Shown here: piece after piece, positions 1 to 12,561 of the stretch | Position numbering within the stretch: position 1 is the stretch's first letter | Layout: each line of letters opens with the position of its first letter | Origin: Phoronis australis | Taxonomy: Eukaryota; Animalia; Phoronida | NCBI GenBank assembly: GCA_002633005.1 | Contig: NMRA01000298.1 | Span: 473,474-537,473, forward strand | Length of the DNA: 64,000 bases | Direction: 5' to 3' | Position numbers and translations under genes: made by a program | The notes under the pieces: generated by a model | The model's database searches: none | Told to the model about the DNA's origin: nothing | The model's input: only the letters and a program-made list of their open reading frames with translations

Positions 1-2261
1 GTTATTTGATCTAAAGGAAGTACCACGCTTTATCAATGTTTGACTCGAGTTCATGTTCTTGGCAGTGGGAGGCGCACGACATATACATGTAGTAGTGCAA
101 AAAACAAACGGCATGCGGGGGGCAGTGTAGTGAAACTACTACATATAGGGGGACGACTCAATGATTTTTCAAGAACTTTGAATGTTACTCCATTATCATC
201 ACTAAACTCACGATAAAATCTCTTACTGAGACTGAATGATTCCAAATGGTTATTAGTCTAATATCTTTATTCCAAGGAATAAATACAAAGTTGGAAATTG
301 CCATTTTTGGGTGCAAAAACAAGGATTGAATGCCTTAAACTCGGGTGAAATGCACTGTTATTTTACGTTGATTACATGTCCCTTGGGACAACCTATGTGC
401 CAAATTTGGTGGCCATTGGTTTACCCACCCCACCCACCCTGCTGCTTGAGGACTGGTGTGCTGGTGGACTAGAATTCAAGCAATGGCCCAGTTTTTCTGA
501 GGGTTGGAAAGCTTAGGGCGAAACTAAAAAACTTATATGGCTTCGCATCATTTGCACCAGTATCATTTTGAAGTTGCGCTTCTCCGTCGCTATCTTTTTT
601 CAAAATCCTGGAAGATGCTCAATTTCACTGACTGGTCAGCGCATGCCTGTACACGTATGGATGAAACTTTTCAAATGAGTGGAACTGTATCCAACGCACC
701 CAAAATTGCAACACGCCCATCCAGAACATTCCTTGAGGTACACGAAGTCAAATGCCAGATACATCTATTGAAATGAATGCGATACAAACGATAGTGTGCG
801 ACTGTGTCCTTTCGTTAATGAAATGTGGTTCAAGGCAACTGTTCGTGCTCCCCTGTGCATTAAACTGTAGTCGCCCATGCTTCAAAAGCATCAACATCAA
901 TGTACGTACACCCAACCATTAAGTAAATATTTTATGGTTTGTCAACAGAGATAGAACCAACAAGCATTTTAACTGCACAGGGGAGAAAGACTCGTGGGTT
1001 ATCAAAATGACACATTACATGTACTTCCAACTAGGCAAGAAATGTGCGTTTCGCCATAGGTATCCCCTCACTTCATTTAACACCTGATCTTTTAGGTTAC
1101 TTTTGCGAGCTGAAGCAAGGCTGTAAGGTACAAAATTCTGTGGTTGAAACTGTTACCAGGAACATATTGATGTTTATAGATATCACCAATTTCAGATAGT
1201 TTATGAAAAGGTTAGAAACGCCTTTATTTAGTTTTGTCACAACCTATCAAACAACATGTTGGGAGATGTTTAACGAGATATTTTTGGGTGTTAAAATCAT
1301 GTAACACTATTTTCCTGAAGGCTGTGACATTTGGTTTCTGAGTGTTTGCTCTCAATTATAAATAGAAGTTTAGGTATGTTATCATGACATTCGAAAGACG
1401 TATCGTGTATTCATTTGCGTAGGTTGTGTATGTATTGTATGCATGCATATTTTATTACTGTTATTGTTTCTATTACTAATTCATTTATGCAATGCTAATA
1501 TGTTGCCTTTGATGCTAATGATACCTGTAGTACTTACATTTAACCCTGACATAAAATTTAAAAGATAAAAAGTGAACTTTGTAAAAGAATCTAATGCAAT
1601 ACTTAAGTTACAGCGTGCGTTATGCTTGCCAACTGTCTCGTTCTTGGCGGCCTATCGCACTTTTCTAATGTTCTGCGCCATCCGGCCGCACATCGAAATA
1701 GAAATGTTATCATACAGTATTATGATTTCTCACGCAACGTAGCCCTGTTTTCCAGTTGAAAAGAAAGAAGATGACGTCTGATGGATTTTTGCGGCACCTG
1801 TAATTTCCCATTCATCTAAAGATAAAATAAAACGCCGTCTGGTGCTTTTAGGAGTTGCGTCTCGCGTTCAACTAAAGACGCAGGTCGGTGGGTTGTGACG
1901 AATATTTCACGCTTGCGGTTTTGCGGTAGACCAGATGTCCCCCTTATTACCCGGAATCCCTCTTTTTAATACAGTTATGGCGTTTGTTCCCATTTTTGAC
2001 ACGTATAGTATGTGACAGGTGTTCAAAAAACACCAACTCTTTCTTGTGACTTTTGTTATTTTCTATCGTTTACTTTCTTTAGTAACATAACAAACGTAAA
2101 AGTGTGTTCCAATCTCTCTTGTTTATCGCAACATCTATGAGTGTCACTATTTTTATTGTCTGAAGGAATCAGTTTAGTTCAAATTTTCTGCATAAAGCCC
2201 CACACTGCAAATTATACAATGACCTATCAACAATATATTTTAAAGCTTGTATTCTTATTAA

Positions 2262-2960
2262 CTGTTTATGCAGATGACACTTCTATAATTTAAGATGAAT
2301 CGGGCAAGTCTTTACGATCTACGTTATGTGTTTTAAATACCTTTGCGGATTTCTGTGGCCTCCGTGTGAATGCCTAGAAAACAAAAGCTATTTGGTTTGT
2401 CAGTACAAGTTTGGCCAGCAGCACCGAAAAAATCTGTTAGAGAACAAGTATCATGGATTCAAACAAGTTTCATTTTCTTGGAAATTAACTTCCATGTCAG
2501 CTTTCACGACGTAGTAGATCAGAATTACCGGGTGAGATTGAAAGACATGGAAATAATTTTGAAAAATTTTCAAAAAAGGAATTTGACGCTTTTCGGGAGA
2601 AAAAAAGTAATTAAGGCCTTTTTTGTTTCAGAATGTGTACACTTTGTGATAACCTTGCCAATGCCTTCTAATTACCTTCTAGGGAAATTAAATTCCTAGT
2701 TTTTTTAGTTTCCTATGGCAAGGTCGTACATGTATTTATAATATTGACAACGAAGGAAGGTTCTGATTGATGAATATATTTTCTTTTGCAAGACTTTAAA
2801 AATTAGCATAAAGTTTATAAACTGTCAGTCTAAGCCAATTTACTTTGTCCCGGTTGCATTCAATTTTTCCAGAAAACAGAAACAGAGTTTACTCTATTAA
2901 GACATAATTTCCTGATGGCAAGAAAATTTTAAATCTGTTCAGAACGCCATCTGTGGTCAT
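2262..2960 (+). mobile_element. Degenerate L1/Tx1-clade LINE reverse transcriptase fragment
   Basis: Across frameshifts it reads YADDTSII..SGLRVN..KTKAIW..FLEINF..NYRVRLKDMEIIL..KRNLTLFGRKKVIKAF..LPMP..FLWQG, matching the YADD catalytic motif and thumb region of L1/Tx1 ORF2. Confidence 0.85.
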
Positions 2961-3022
2961 ATCATGTGATCTAATGAACAGGAATCTGAAAATATGATGT
3001 CTGAAAATATGCCTGCCGTCTG

Positions 3023-3068
3023 CCCCAACCGGGTCTCGAACCCGAGACCGTCTGCGCGCCGACCAGAC
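3023..3068 (-). mobile_element. tRNA-derived SINE head fragment (Pol III B box)
   Basis: Minus strand reads GGTCTCGGGTTCGAGACCCGGTTGGGG, a T-arm hairpin with a B box; no complete cloverleaf. Confidence 0.4.
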
Positions 3069-4453
3069 TTAAAAACTGTTTGAGATATACGTTCCACGCC
3101 GAATTAAGAATTACACATTTTTATAAAATTGACTAATATTGATGATCATTGATTGAAAATATTTTTCGGATGAGTAATCTCCACCACATTTCCTGTTTGA
3201 GTGAAAGAACGGGGCCAGGCTAGATTGTGTGAGGTGACTCAGCAACCCAGTGGGGTGTGCTGATTTGGGTACATTACCGAATTATAGGGCGCTTATCTGC
3301 GGGATCTCATAACACCAAGGAATGATCGTAAATTTTGAATAATTTAAGGAGTCGTACGCTATGATTTTAATTGACGAAAATGTCGCTATTCGTTATGGGA
3401 GTCTCATCCTATAAATTATGACCTAAAGAAATAAAACCGAGTCCCTTTCAATCGATCGGATGACTCCAGATTATTCATACAAAATGCATTTAAAATAGGA
3501 ACTTATCTGGCATTAGTCAGTTCCATATGGAAAATAATTACAAAATCTGCTTTAAAAAACGTGGATCCTAATTTTGTCGGTTTGTCATTGGGCAATGCAC
3601 CTCAACCCATCGCTTGGGGAACTCATAATGACTATTACGCGCAGTTTTAAGATTTTTCGAGTAACGACTTTGCCACATCAAATCCAACCCGGACAACTTT
3701 GGATATTTCCTTGTGATCAAATTTCCTTTCAGACGTGAACGAAGTTTCTTGCAAAAAACAAGACCGCATATAACCATTCAAATTTTCGTTAGAGGAAGGC
3801 AAGTGTTTCATTCGTAAGCATGCTCGACAACTTATGAGCGTAAATTAGCGAAATGACGGTCATGTGAACCAACAATGCCCTCGAGATCGGTCCAGATTCC
3901 TATCAAATTTATCTCGTTGCTCCTAAGTAGTATAGTAAGAGGTTTTGGAGTCTTATTTTGCGGGTCTCGGTCAAAGGTCATCTATGTGAAAGGAGGTCAC
4001 GTGGTATAACTGCGATCGGGACACCTACCGGACGGATGTGTCAATGACGTCATGACGTAATAGGTTTAATTAGAGAGGCAACTCGTTTTGCGGCTCCTAG
4101 CAACGGATTGAAACAAAAGAGGGATGATAATAACAAAACGTGGATGAGTTCTGGTGCGCCGACTGTCGNTAAGTAATCATCGTCGATGCTGTCGTCAACG
4201 ATAACCGCATTCGGGGGGCATGTTCAATAGGCACTTTTGCCTACATTCAACTCACTGTAGTGGGTGTTTTCATTGTCCCCGAAATGTGTCATGGGTTCTA
4301 ATCCAATGTCAAATATTGAGCTCTTGTGCTCAGGTCGTGATCGTTTTTAGGATTTAATATCTCTAATCAGTTTATTTCGTATAGTGTACGTCGCTTGTCA
4401 GAGCGTGTTCGTAAAACTTTCTTGCCTATTGGGGACAGTACTCTACCTCGCGA

Positions 4454-5570
4454 GGCTCGTTTCGTAACCTCGTTAGTCAGAATGCATGTATAGATTATTA
4501 GCATAAGTTGAAGGCTTCAAATCGCTGAATAGTGGAGCTTCTAGTAACCTTGCATGTTTTATGTTCCTTTAGGCCTAGGCCTTGTGTTTGATATCCTTGT
4601 TAGCACTTGGAGAAATTACTTACTCCAACAATATACTATAGTACATCTATTCTCCAACTAAGTATCTTGCGTTGTTATAAGTTTTTTGTACGCGCGTTGC
4701 AGTTCACATTTCTTATCTGGGCTGTTTGATATTTTTTTTCTGTCTTAGCTTAGACCGAAATCGGGCTGTAACTTCAAAGTCAATTAATTATAAATTGAGC
4801 AAAGATATGGAAAAACTAACAGCACAGAATGATTTCTATACGTCTTGAAAACTCCTGGATGCTAAAATGTTGAGTCTAGGTTAAAAATAAAGGAAGTTAT
4901 GATGGTAAAAAATGAGATCACTACACCCGACTAAATCAAAATGTACATGTATTAACCTCGTTTAATGAAACTTAGACTAACAACGGTATACGCTGCTAAG
5001 ACCGAAAGTTAGCTTGCGACGGAGTATGCTTAGTATTAGACTTTTGGTTTAAATGACCAAAATGTAACACTTTTACCTTTGTAAACTGTTGAACAACAAA
5101 TTTCGTTTGAGATTTGTCACAATTTAATGTCCTTAAACAGCGTCACATTGAAAATTGGTTCGAGAGCCGACAAAGGCAATCATACCTAGTAGAGACAATG
5201 CAGCGCGACTTACAGGCATACTTCAAATTATATTTTCCAGCAATACCATGGTCTTCTCAAGCAAAGTTAGATCCCAACTGTGTCCAAGAAGTAAATAGAT
5301 ACCCACGATTATTCTTGAAACCGTATTTTACTGGACGTATGGCCACGCTAAGTCTTGTGAATTCGCAACAGGTGGCGAAAGCTTAGTTTGCATACTCACC
5401 TATTTCAAAACTGGACTTATTTCTGAGTCTAGACCGAAGATCAAAATCCGACTTGGTATTCATGAAACGTTCTTTTCAAACATTTCGTCTTCGGTCTTAA
5501 CTTGGCTCGAATTGTAGCCTTTAGTTAACTTTGCAATTTTTTTGTTTTAAGTCAGTTTTCATGAAACGGA
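4454..5570. mobile_element. Possible non-autonomous TIR DNA element (Harbinger-like MITE)
   Basis: Imperfect inverted ends GGCTCGTTTCGTAA and TCATGAAACGGAC, with recurring internal AGACCGAA / TTCGGTCT motifs. Confidence 0.35.
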
Positions 5571-6069
5571 CAATTGATCACCATGGAATTTACATGCAAT
5601 ACATGCCGTGAAAATAGCTGGTAGCCTAAAGTTTTTGGTTGAAATCGGAAACACGATAATGTTGTTGTGTTTATTTTTCAAGTGTTTGCTTTGTCGAGCC
5701 ATCGCTCCTCTTCTTCTGAGGGATTTTTCTGGATTTTTCTAGAAGTCTTTCTATCGGAATTGTGTCATTCATTTTCCGCTACAACTTACAGTTCTCGAGA
5801 CATAGAGATTTCCAATGACAACTACTTGATTACTCAAGTTTTAGTTTCTTGACGGATCTTTCTGATAGTTGGCATCTTACCAAGCTCTATGTGCCCTGTG
5901 GGATCCAATGCCGTTTCAAAGGAAGAGTAGGGCCGTCATGATTTATCTGTGTCTTATATTTGTATACCTATAAAATATATTTAAAAGTATTTAATTGCAA
6001 ACTGATAGACCTCCAAAACAATGGCAGTCTCATGGTCAAAATAATTGGTGAACCTGTCTAACGTTAATT

Positions 6070-6290
6070 ATATCCAAATGGTTTCGACCATGTGTGGCTG
6101 AGCCAGAGAGTCGGGGAACAGTAGATATTCAACTCAAAGTTTCAGAAACCGAAAGTGGCTAAAGAAATGGTTTTCCCTGAGTCGAAAATATTTGTAACGT
6201 TTGTAATACAGGAGGAATTGAGGCAGAAACACAGTTCACCTTACGTTGTCCAGTCCTGGCAAATTTAGGAAATGAGTGTACACCACGTTA
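6070..6290 (+). mobile_element. CR1/L2-like LINE ORF2 C-terminal remnant
   Basis: GFDHVWLSQ followed by ICNVCNTGGIEAETQFTLRCPVLANL, resembling the C..C....IEDE.HF...CP zinc knuckle at LINE ORF2 ends. Confidence 0.6.
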
Positions 6291-6604
6291 CCAGTAAACC
6301 ACAACATCAGTATGACTTACAGCCGGACTCTGACTTGGCAGTTTTTGAAGTCTAAAAATGAATAGATAAACTAATATTCTTCATAGACTGAACAATGAGA
6401 CCATTTTTGAGGGAGTCGATGTACTAATGTGTCTGGTTTATCGCTAACTGATTCATTTTGTTTCATGCATGGGAAACTAAATAATCCGGGATCTTGCGCG
6501 CGTCGCAACACCGGCCGTCAGTCTCAAGTTGGATATTACGCATTTGGATTGGCTGCAGCCATGTTGATCAATATCAGTTGCATTTTAAGAGGTTTTTGCG
6601 TTCT

Positions 6605-6611
6605 TATAAAA
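6605..6611 (+). promoter_or_regulatory. Candidate TATA box for the PAN-TLDc gene
   Basis: TATAAAA about 100 nt upstream of the ATG at 6705; positional evidence only. Confidence 0.3.
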
Positions 6612-6704
6612 TGCTACGCGGTATCAGCTATGTTACAACAGTAATAATCAGCGACATCTGAACTGACTGAATGAGCACCAATTACGACGAACTATCTCGA
6701 TCAA

Positions 6705-7020
6705 ATGACTCTTTTTAATATTGTGGCAATTTTTCTATTTGCAGTACTGTCTTTTGACCCTATTGAAGGCCAGGAAGAAGGTGTGTACTTCGGCAACGGC
6801 GCCAAAAACACGCGCATGGACCGCTTAAACACCACTGTTGTCCTCCGAACCATCCGTGTCTTGTTGAACTGTGCTGCCGAGTGTTCTCGTGAAGAGTCGT
6901 GCGATGCCTTTGCCTTTAACGAATGTGAACAACTCTGTCACAAATACTGTATTGACGACAATTTGCCAGGGACGTTGGTGACTGCAAATGGCTGGACGTA
7001 CTACAAAAAGGAGTCTCTAG
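6705..7020 (+). CDS. Exon 1 of secreted PAN/Apple-TLDc protein (signal peptide + PAN domain)
   Basis: Hydrophobic N-terminus MTLFNIVAIFLFAVLSFDPIEG; PAN cysteine pattern CAAECSREESCDAFAFNECEQLC..GWTYY; phase-1 donor CTAG|GTGGGT at 7020/7021. Confidence 0.8.
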
Positions 7021-7498
7021 GTGGGTATTTTGTCCTTTTGGCATTCTTATCTTAAGTCAACGCCAGAAGGTGGTTAATTATAGGATGCCTCAGACTTATT
7101 CGAATGAAGAAACAGTTACAGACCAATCTTGTCTGTACGGCGGAGCATTAGGGCCAACTGAAAAATGAAGAATCGTCGATGATCTCGTTATAACGAGTTA
7201 ACTATATCTATAAAACGAATTAGCTTCCCACCTGTTTGTACATACCTGAGGTTATGAAGGACCCTAGAACAATGTCCAATTTTGGCCAACTTCAGAGCAT
7301 CGCCATTCAGAAATGCCTGTTCGGATTCAAATGAAGCCTTCTTACACTACATGTATGTCTCATAAACTGTTCTCCAAAACTCCAATAAGAATTGTTGAAT
7401 TGGGCACACGAGGCTTACTAATTTCAATTCTAGCAAAACATAACGAAATCAAATAGATATTAGAATTCCGTGCAGTTTCCGACAGATAAAAAGATAAA

Positions 7499-7673
7499 AT
7501 AGTAAAACTAGTAAAACTAAAACGACAAGCGTCGGTACTAAAATATATTAAAATATCCCCACGTTTCGAGCGATGCGCTCTTTGTCAAGGTGTGCTACAG
7601 ACTGCATCGCTCGAAACGTGGGGAATGTTTTAATATGTTTTAGTACAGACACTCGTCTTTACTAGTTTTATTG
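7499..7673. repeat. Inverted repeat with Penelope-type hammerhead-like core
   Basis: Arms of about 70 nt (7499-7576 and 7604-7673); minus strand reads CCTTGACAAAGAGCGCATCGCTCGAAACGT. Confidence 0.65.
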
Positions 7674-8125
7674 TTCAAAAAATAACGCACTAAAGTTGCT
7701 TTGGAAAAACAAAAAGGCCAGTGAAGAAATTTGATTTGTCAAGCCAAAATGCAGTTGACAGAGGATTTAAACTTCGTCTGTTGAAAGTATCACACCATGC
7801 ACGAATAGGTCAGTGATCTCTGTGAGCATTCACCCGAATACTCTAAAAGCTAAATTAAATTAAGTGGCAAATTATGTTTTCTGAAAACAGAGCGTCAGTA
7901 GAATTTGAGTTTTTACTGTACTCCAGTCAACCATCAATTTGGTAACGTGGCCATGATATCTAGTAAAATTTAGCCAAATCGAAAGATGCATTCACGCCAA
8001 AATAACGAAGTCATAACGTGACTAAATTTCGTTTGATATATATAAAGATAGAAACTATAAAGCGTTTTTACAGATTCTAGATTATCGTTTTTTGTTCTCT
8101 CAATTATTCCTTTTTTAAATATTAA

Positions 8126-10197
8126 GAGGCAGTCCATATAAAAACCAGTAGATTTTCAAAAATCAGTCCATACGTCAAAATTTAAAACAACTTCATTTTT
8201 TGTACATGGGTAGGTATCCTAACAAAAATCCAAATGCCAAATTTTGCGCTCTCAATGACCCCTAATTTCGCCGCTGGAGCATGATAAAACAAATTGGCAC
8301 AATTGGGCATATTAGCCGTCTCAAAAATCGCATGTTTTCAGCAACAAAAATGAGTAACATACAAAATAGATCAAAAGCTATATTTTGGTGGCTGCAATAA
8401 CCAACGTATACTGTGCATAATTCTGTGCCATTTATTAAAATCTAACAGTTTTATGCTAGACAGGGGAGATAATCCACAGACCACTTTTTGGGGCTAATTT
8501 TAGTGGCCATTTTTGTGACCTTCTTACTGCCATAAAACACCTTGTAGCCTTATGTGACGTTTTGAACATACAGTTAAAGAGATAGTCTTGATGACTGAGC
8601 AATAAAAAATCTTGCCTCAACTTTGCACTTTAGTGAAAATTGTCTTGCAAAACTGTCTATTTTCAAAGTTTGGAAATGACGAGCAGAGTTTACAAACCAT
8701 TTGAACAAACTTTTAGGCAAGAAGTCTGCTTTAAATAGTTATAGAAACCAAGTCTAAAGTCTTTCAAATGAAAACAAGTTGTTTTCTGGGTTTATTACGC
8801 GGCTAGTATCAAAACTGAACCCGATGACCTTGCCCACTGAGGAAGTCAGTTGAGGTTTAAAGCTTGAGGATTTACAAAAAATGTACGTGTAATCCTCTCG
8901 TATTCTTTCATTTCTTTTACATAATCAGGTTAATTTAAACACTCTGTACAACTTTTGAATGGAAATAAATGCCTTTAAGATTAAACGAGTAAGAATTGAT
9001 ATAGTGTAATGTCTGGTTTTGAGAGAAGCAAGTGCATTTTAAAAAGACAAAATGGCGGACGATGTCGATGGGCCTTCATGTTCCTTTAGAGTTTATTCTT
9101 CAAAAAATCACAAAAGCTGTGTGCTTTAGTGAGTCATGTCAAAGACACCACTGCCAAAACATTTGAGATACAAGAAACTACTTCACAAAGCAAGGCCTGT
9201 TCCAGAGTACGGACTCGTACTACCCAGAGTCGGTGAATTTCTGACTCAGGGACCAGTCATGGAAGAGTCAGGTAATGCTGGATGTTACCACTCTGCTCCT
9301 CTCCTCCTGAACGTAGCACCCTTGTCAAATTCTACCGGCATTTCTGTTTCGAGATATGACTTTAGTGAAAGTCAGAATGGAAAGGATCTCTGTGATCGCA
9401 AGATCGCTCCACTCAAACAACATGCAAAGTACNNNNNNNNNNNNNNNNNNNNNNNNNNNNNNNNNNNNNNNNNNNNNNNNNNNNNNNNNNNNNNNNNNNN
9501 NNNNNNNNNNNNNNNNNNNNNNNNNNNNNNNNNNNNNNNNNNNNNNNNNNNNNNNNNNNNNNNNNNNNNNNNNNNNNNNNNNNNNNNNNNNNNNNNNNNN
9601 NNNNNNNNNNNNNNNNNNNNNNNNNNNNNNNNNNNNNNNNNNNNNNNNNNNNNNNNNNNNNNNNNNNNNNNNNNNNNNNNNNNNNNNNNNNNNNNNNNNN
9701 NNNNNNNNNNNNNNNNNNNNNNNNNNNNNNNNNNNNNNNNNNNNNNNNNNNNNNNNNNNNNNNNNNTTATTATAAAGTCAATTTCAGGAAAGGTGCGTTA
9801 TGGCTGCTACAGAGTGTCAAATGTGGCCGAAAATGGCTTCAGTGAAAACCTGAAAAATAACCGTTTTTGCCTCACAAATTCAAAACGTATAAATTTAAAA
9901 ATGGATTTTGAAAGTTATGCCATTACATTATTCAGCCATTGCCCTTTCAATTCGTATTTTTCATTTGTTTTGACCGTATCATACATGCTAGTAAAATGCA
10001 TTCAAACATGCCTACTTCGACGCCCAATTTTGTTGCAAAATGGAGGTACAGGTCATAAAAAGAAAAATAATGAATGAAAATTCTTAAAAAGTGAGGTTTT
10101 TCTACTTCTCAACATATCAAACTTATGTGCTAAGTTTCAAAAAAATCGGTGATTTTGGGTATAGACTCTACCTGTTGGTTTTTATATGGAGTCACTC
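8126..10197 (+). mobile_element. Sola3-like DNA transposon (internally deleted, spans the N gap)
   Basis: TTAA on both flanks (8122-8125, 10198-10201); GAG...CTC termini with TIR GAGGCAGTCCATATAAAAACCAGTAG vs GAGTGACTCCATATAAAAACCAACAG; transposase remnant SGNAGCYHS..RYDFSESQNGKDLCDRKIAPLKQH at about 9265-9432. Confidence 0.8.
9433..9766. other. Assembly gap (N run)
   Basis: Run of N bases. Confidence 1.
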
Positions 10198-11716
10198 TTA
10201 AAAAGTCCTACATTTGATAGTCCCTCTTGCACAAGTGAATGGTTTTAAAACTGACGTTTCCTTATAGCATATTGAAGAACACATCTCAAAGCATTATATC
10301 TGAAAGTTTATTTAGGATCTGTTACATAATTTCTGAGATAACCGTGACAGGCCCGGTGAGCGTATAAAAAGGAACATTCCGCTAACATGCTCGAGATGTA
10401 ATCTTGGGAAAAGTAAGCATGATTGAATCCTTTAAGTTTCCCAATTTTCATATGAATTGGCACCAAAATCGTTACTAATATATTCTTTAACAATTAACTC
10501 CTGCATCTATCTTTGAGAACAATCATACATGTACATCGACACTGTTGTGAATTGACTCTTGTCTCGTTTTGCGTGCAAGCTAGAAGTTGAATACACCAGA
10601 GATTATTTGTCACTTCCAAATATACGCCGTGGCGGATAGATTTCACGTTTTGGTCTTTAAACTTGCATTCTCTGAATATGCTTGTAACGAGGCTGGATAT
10701 AAACCAAACTACCGGTAGCTTTATCAAATTATTTATTTCGCAGATTTCAATCTCAGTCAATGTGAGTTAGATGATCTTCGGCTACCTTCAAATTAATGAT
10801 TCTTAACTAACATGGCGAACAGTGGCTCCATTATACATGTAAAACCTTTCCCATACATTGCAGAAACAATAATGCCGTCAAAATCAGGTCAGGCTCAATA
10901 CCTCTGTTGAAGTGAACACAGAACCGGTTTCAACTAGTTACCCACACATCTACTATTTGAAATTACCACCCAAAACAACGCCCTAACAAACCAGCAGTTA
11001 CCAATAATCTATCGGTGACACTTCCAGACACTCACGCCAGAGGATTTTTGCCCTGTAGATTGCGCATTTTAGGAACAATGGCTTCGAAATTTCTTATGTG
11101 TTAGTTTCCTGTAGCTAGCTATTATTGAGAGCTGTTTAACCGGAAGCTGCTTTCAAGATGGCGGATATGACGCGTTTTCATCCATTTTCAATTGTACTGG
11201 TTTACCATTTTATAAAAGAAAATGACGGGAATTTTCGCATGTGGTTACTCTGAGTTATACGCTTTCGAATGACTTGTAACATATTTTCTGAGACTTACCG
11301 TTTTTTGAGTTATCTTACTTTCAATTTCACAAAAAAAAAATCCAAAATTTGAAAGTTTTCGAAAATTTTACGGAACTCTGTAAAACTACACTGTTAGATA
11401 GAATTTAGAAAGCCGGGGGGCTTTCAGCGAATATTTTCGATTTTCCTCAGAACGTCTACTTTTAAAACTAATTGAAATTTTCTGATAACGCTGTTCCTTT
11501 GTTGATTGATTTTTCTGCACTTTTGTTGGCTTACTTTAAATTAGCCTATTTGTTACTCATTTCTGAGATCTTCGTTACATCAAGTTCTTCTTCGCCGCCG
11601 CCACCACCATCATCATCACCATCATCTTCATTGAGGTCTTTTCATTTAATTTTGCCAGGTGTCGCTCCTCCTAGCGCTTTCATTGCTTTTCCTTGATCAC
11701 TTCGACTATATTTCAG

Positions 11717-12244
11717 GCATAAAAGATTCAAAGCTGTTAACATCAGACCATTTAGCGGTACTTTCGCGGTGGTTGCCAGGTAAAGAGTTCAGGCTTCTAT
11801 ACAGGGCAACGAAACACGGCATGTTTGGGCCAAATTTCCACGATAAATGTGATGGTAAAGGTGCCACCATCACTATCGGGAAAGATTCCGTTAGTGGCAC
11901 CACGTTCGGCGGTTATGCCTCGGTCTCCTGGGAATATACTGGTGGTTACAAGACCGACAGCAACGCATTCCTGTTTCGACTGTGTGGACAAGAATGCACC
12001 TCAGGCAAGTTTAACCAGTACCAGAACGAATACAAAGCCTTGTACCATTACAAAACCAGTGGTCCAACTTTTGGTGGAGGTCATGACTTGTGTTTCTTCT
12101 ACACTGCTGAATATTTGTTTGACAGCTCTAAAGGTTACTTCACATCTAGTGGCTACTGCGCAACCAATCGAGTCACCTACGATGTCTCACTCGGCTGTGG
12201 AACAAACGTTAAATGGACCGACGTTGAGGTGTGGAGTGTTGTTG
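11717..12244 (+). CDS. Exon 2 of PAN-TLDc gene: TLDc domain
   Basis: Acceptor TTTCAG|GC is phase 1, matching exon 1; FRLLYRATKHG..FHDKCDGKGATITI..TFGGY..W..DSNAFLFRL..GPTFGGGHDL..DVEVW are TLDc motifs; donor G|GTAAGA at 12244/12245. Confidence 0.9.
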
Positions 12245-12490
12245 GTAAGAATATACTTTTTAATCTCGTTTCAAAAATTGACTCCTGCAAATTGCAATTA
12301 TGGACTTTGTAGCTGAATATTTAGTTGATAGAAAATCTTCCCATTTTAATTAGTTGCTCATAAGAATTGTAACAAACACACTATATCAAAATAATATTCG
12401 TTTAAAATAAAACTGCATTAAAAAAACGAAAAAGTCTATTAATCATAGTACCTTCTAGTTTAAATTTATATTTGTTTGGTGTTCATACAG

Positions 12491-12561
12491 AAAACCACTG
12501 TACAGTCCTTAAACTGAATAAAGTGGAGAAAACTGATTCTGAAATTGAGGGACCTATGTAA
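12491..12561 (+). CDS. Putative short terminal exon 3 of PAN-TLDc gene (ENHCTVLKLNKVEKTDSEIEGPM*)
   Basis: Acceptor TTCATACAG at 12490 continues phase 1 to TAA at 12559-12561; an overlapping GTAAGT donor at 12558 allows an alternative ending. Confidence 0.5.

Noticed and set aside
9136-10077. 313-aa and 139-aa ORFs
   Set aside because: Their length is an artefact of the N gap; only the part before the gap is a transposase remnant.
11580-11630. Poly-Ser/Pro ORF (11472-11696)
   Set aside because: Translation of a trinucleotide simple repeat.
11659-11716. Apparent signal peptide MSLLLALSLLFL in front of the TLDc ORF
   Set aside because: The start codon is GTG and the leucine-rich stretch is the intron's polypyrimidine tract; the in-frame acceptor is at 11716.
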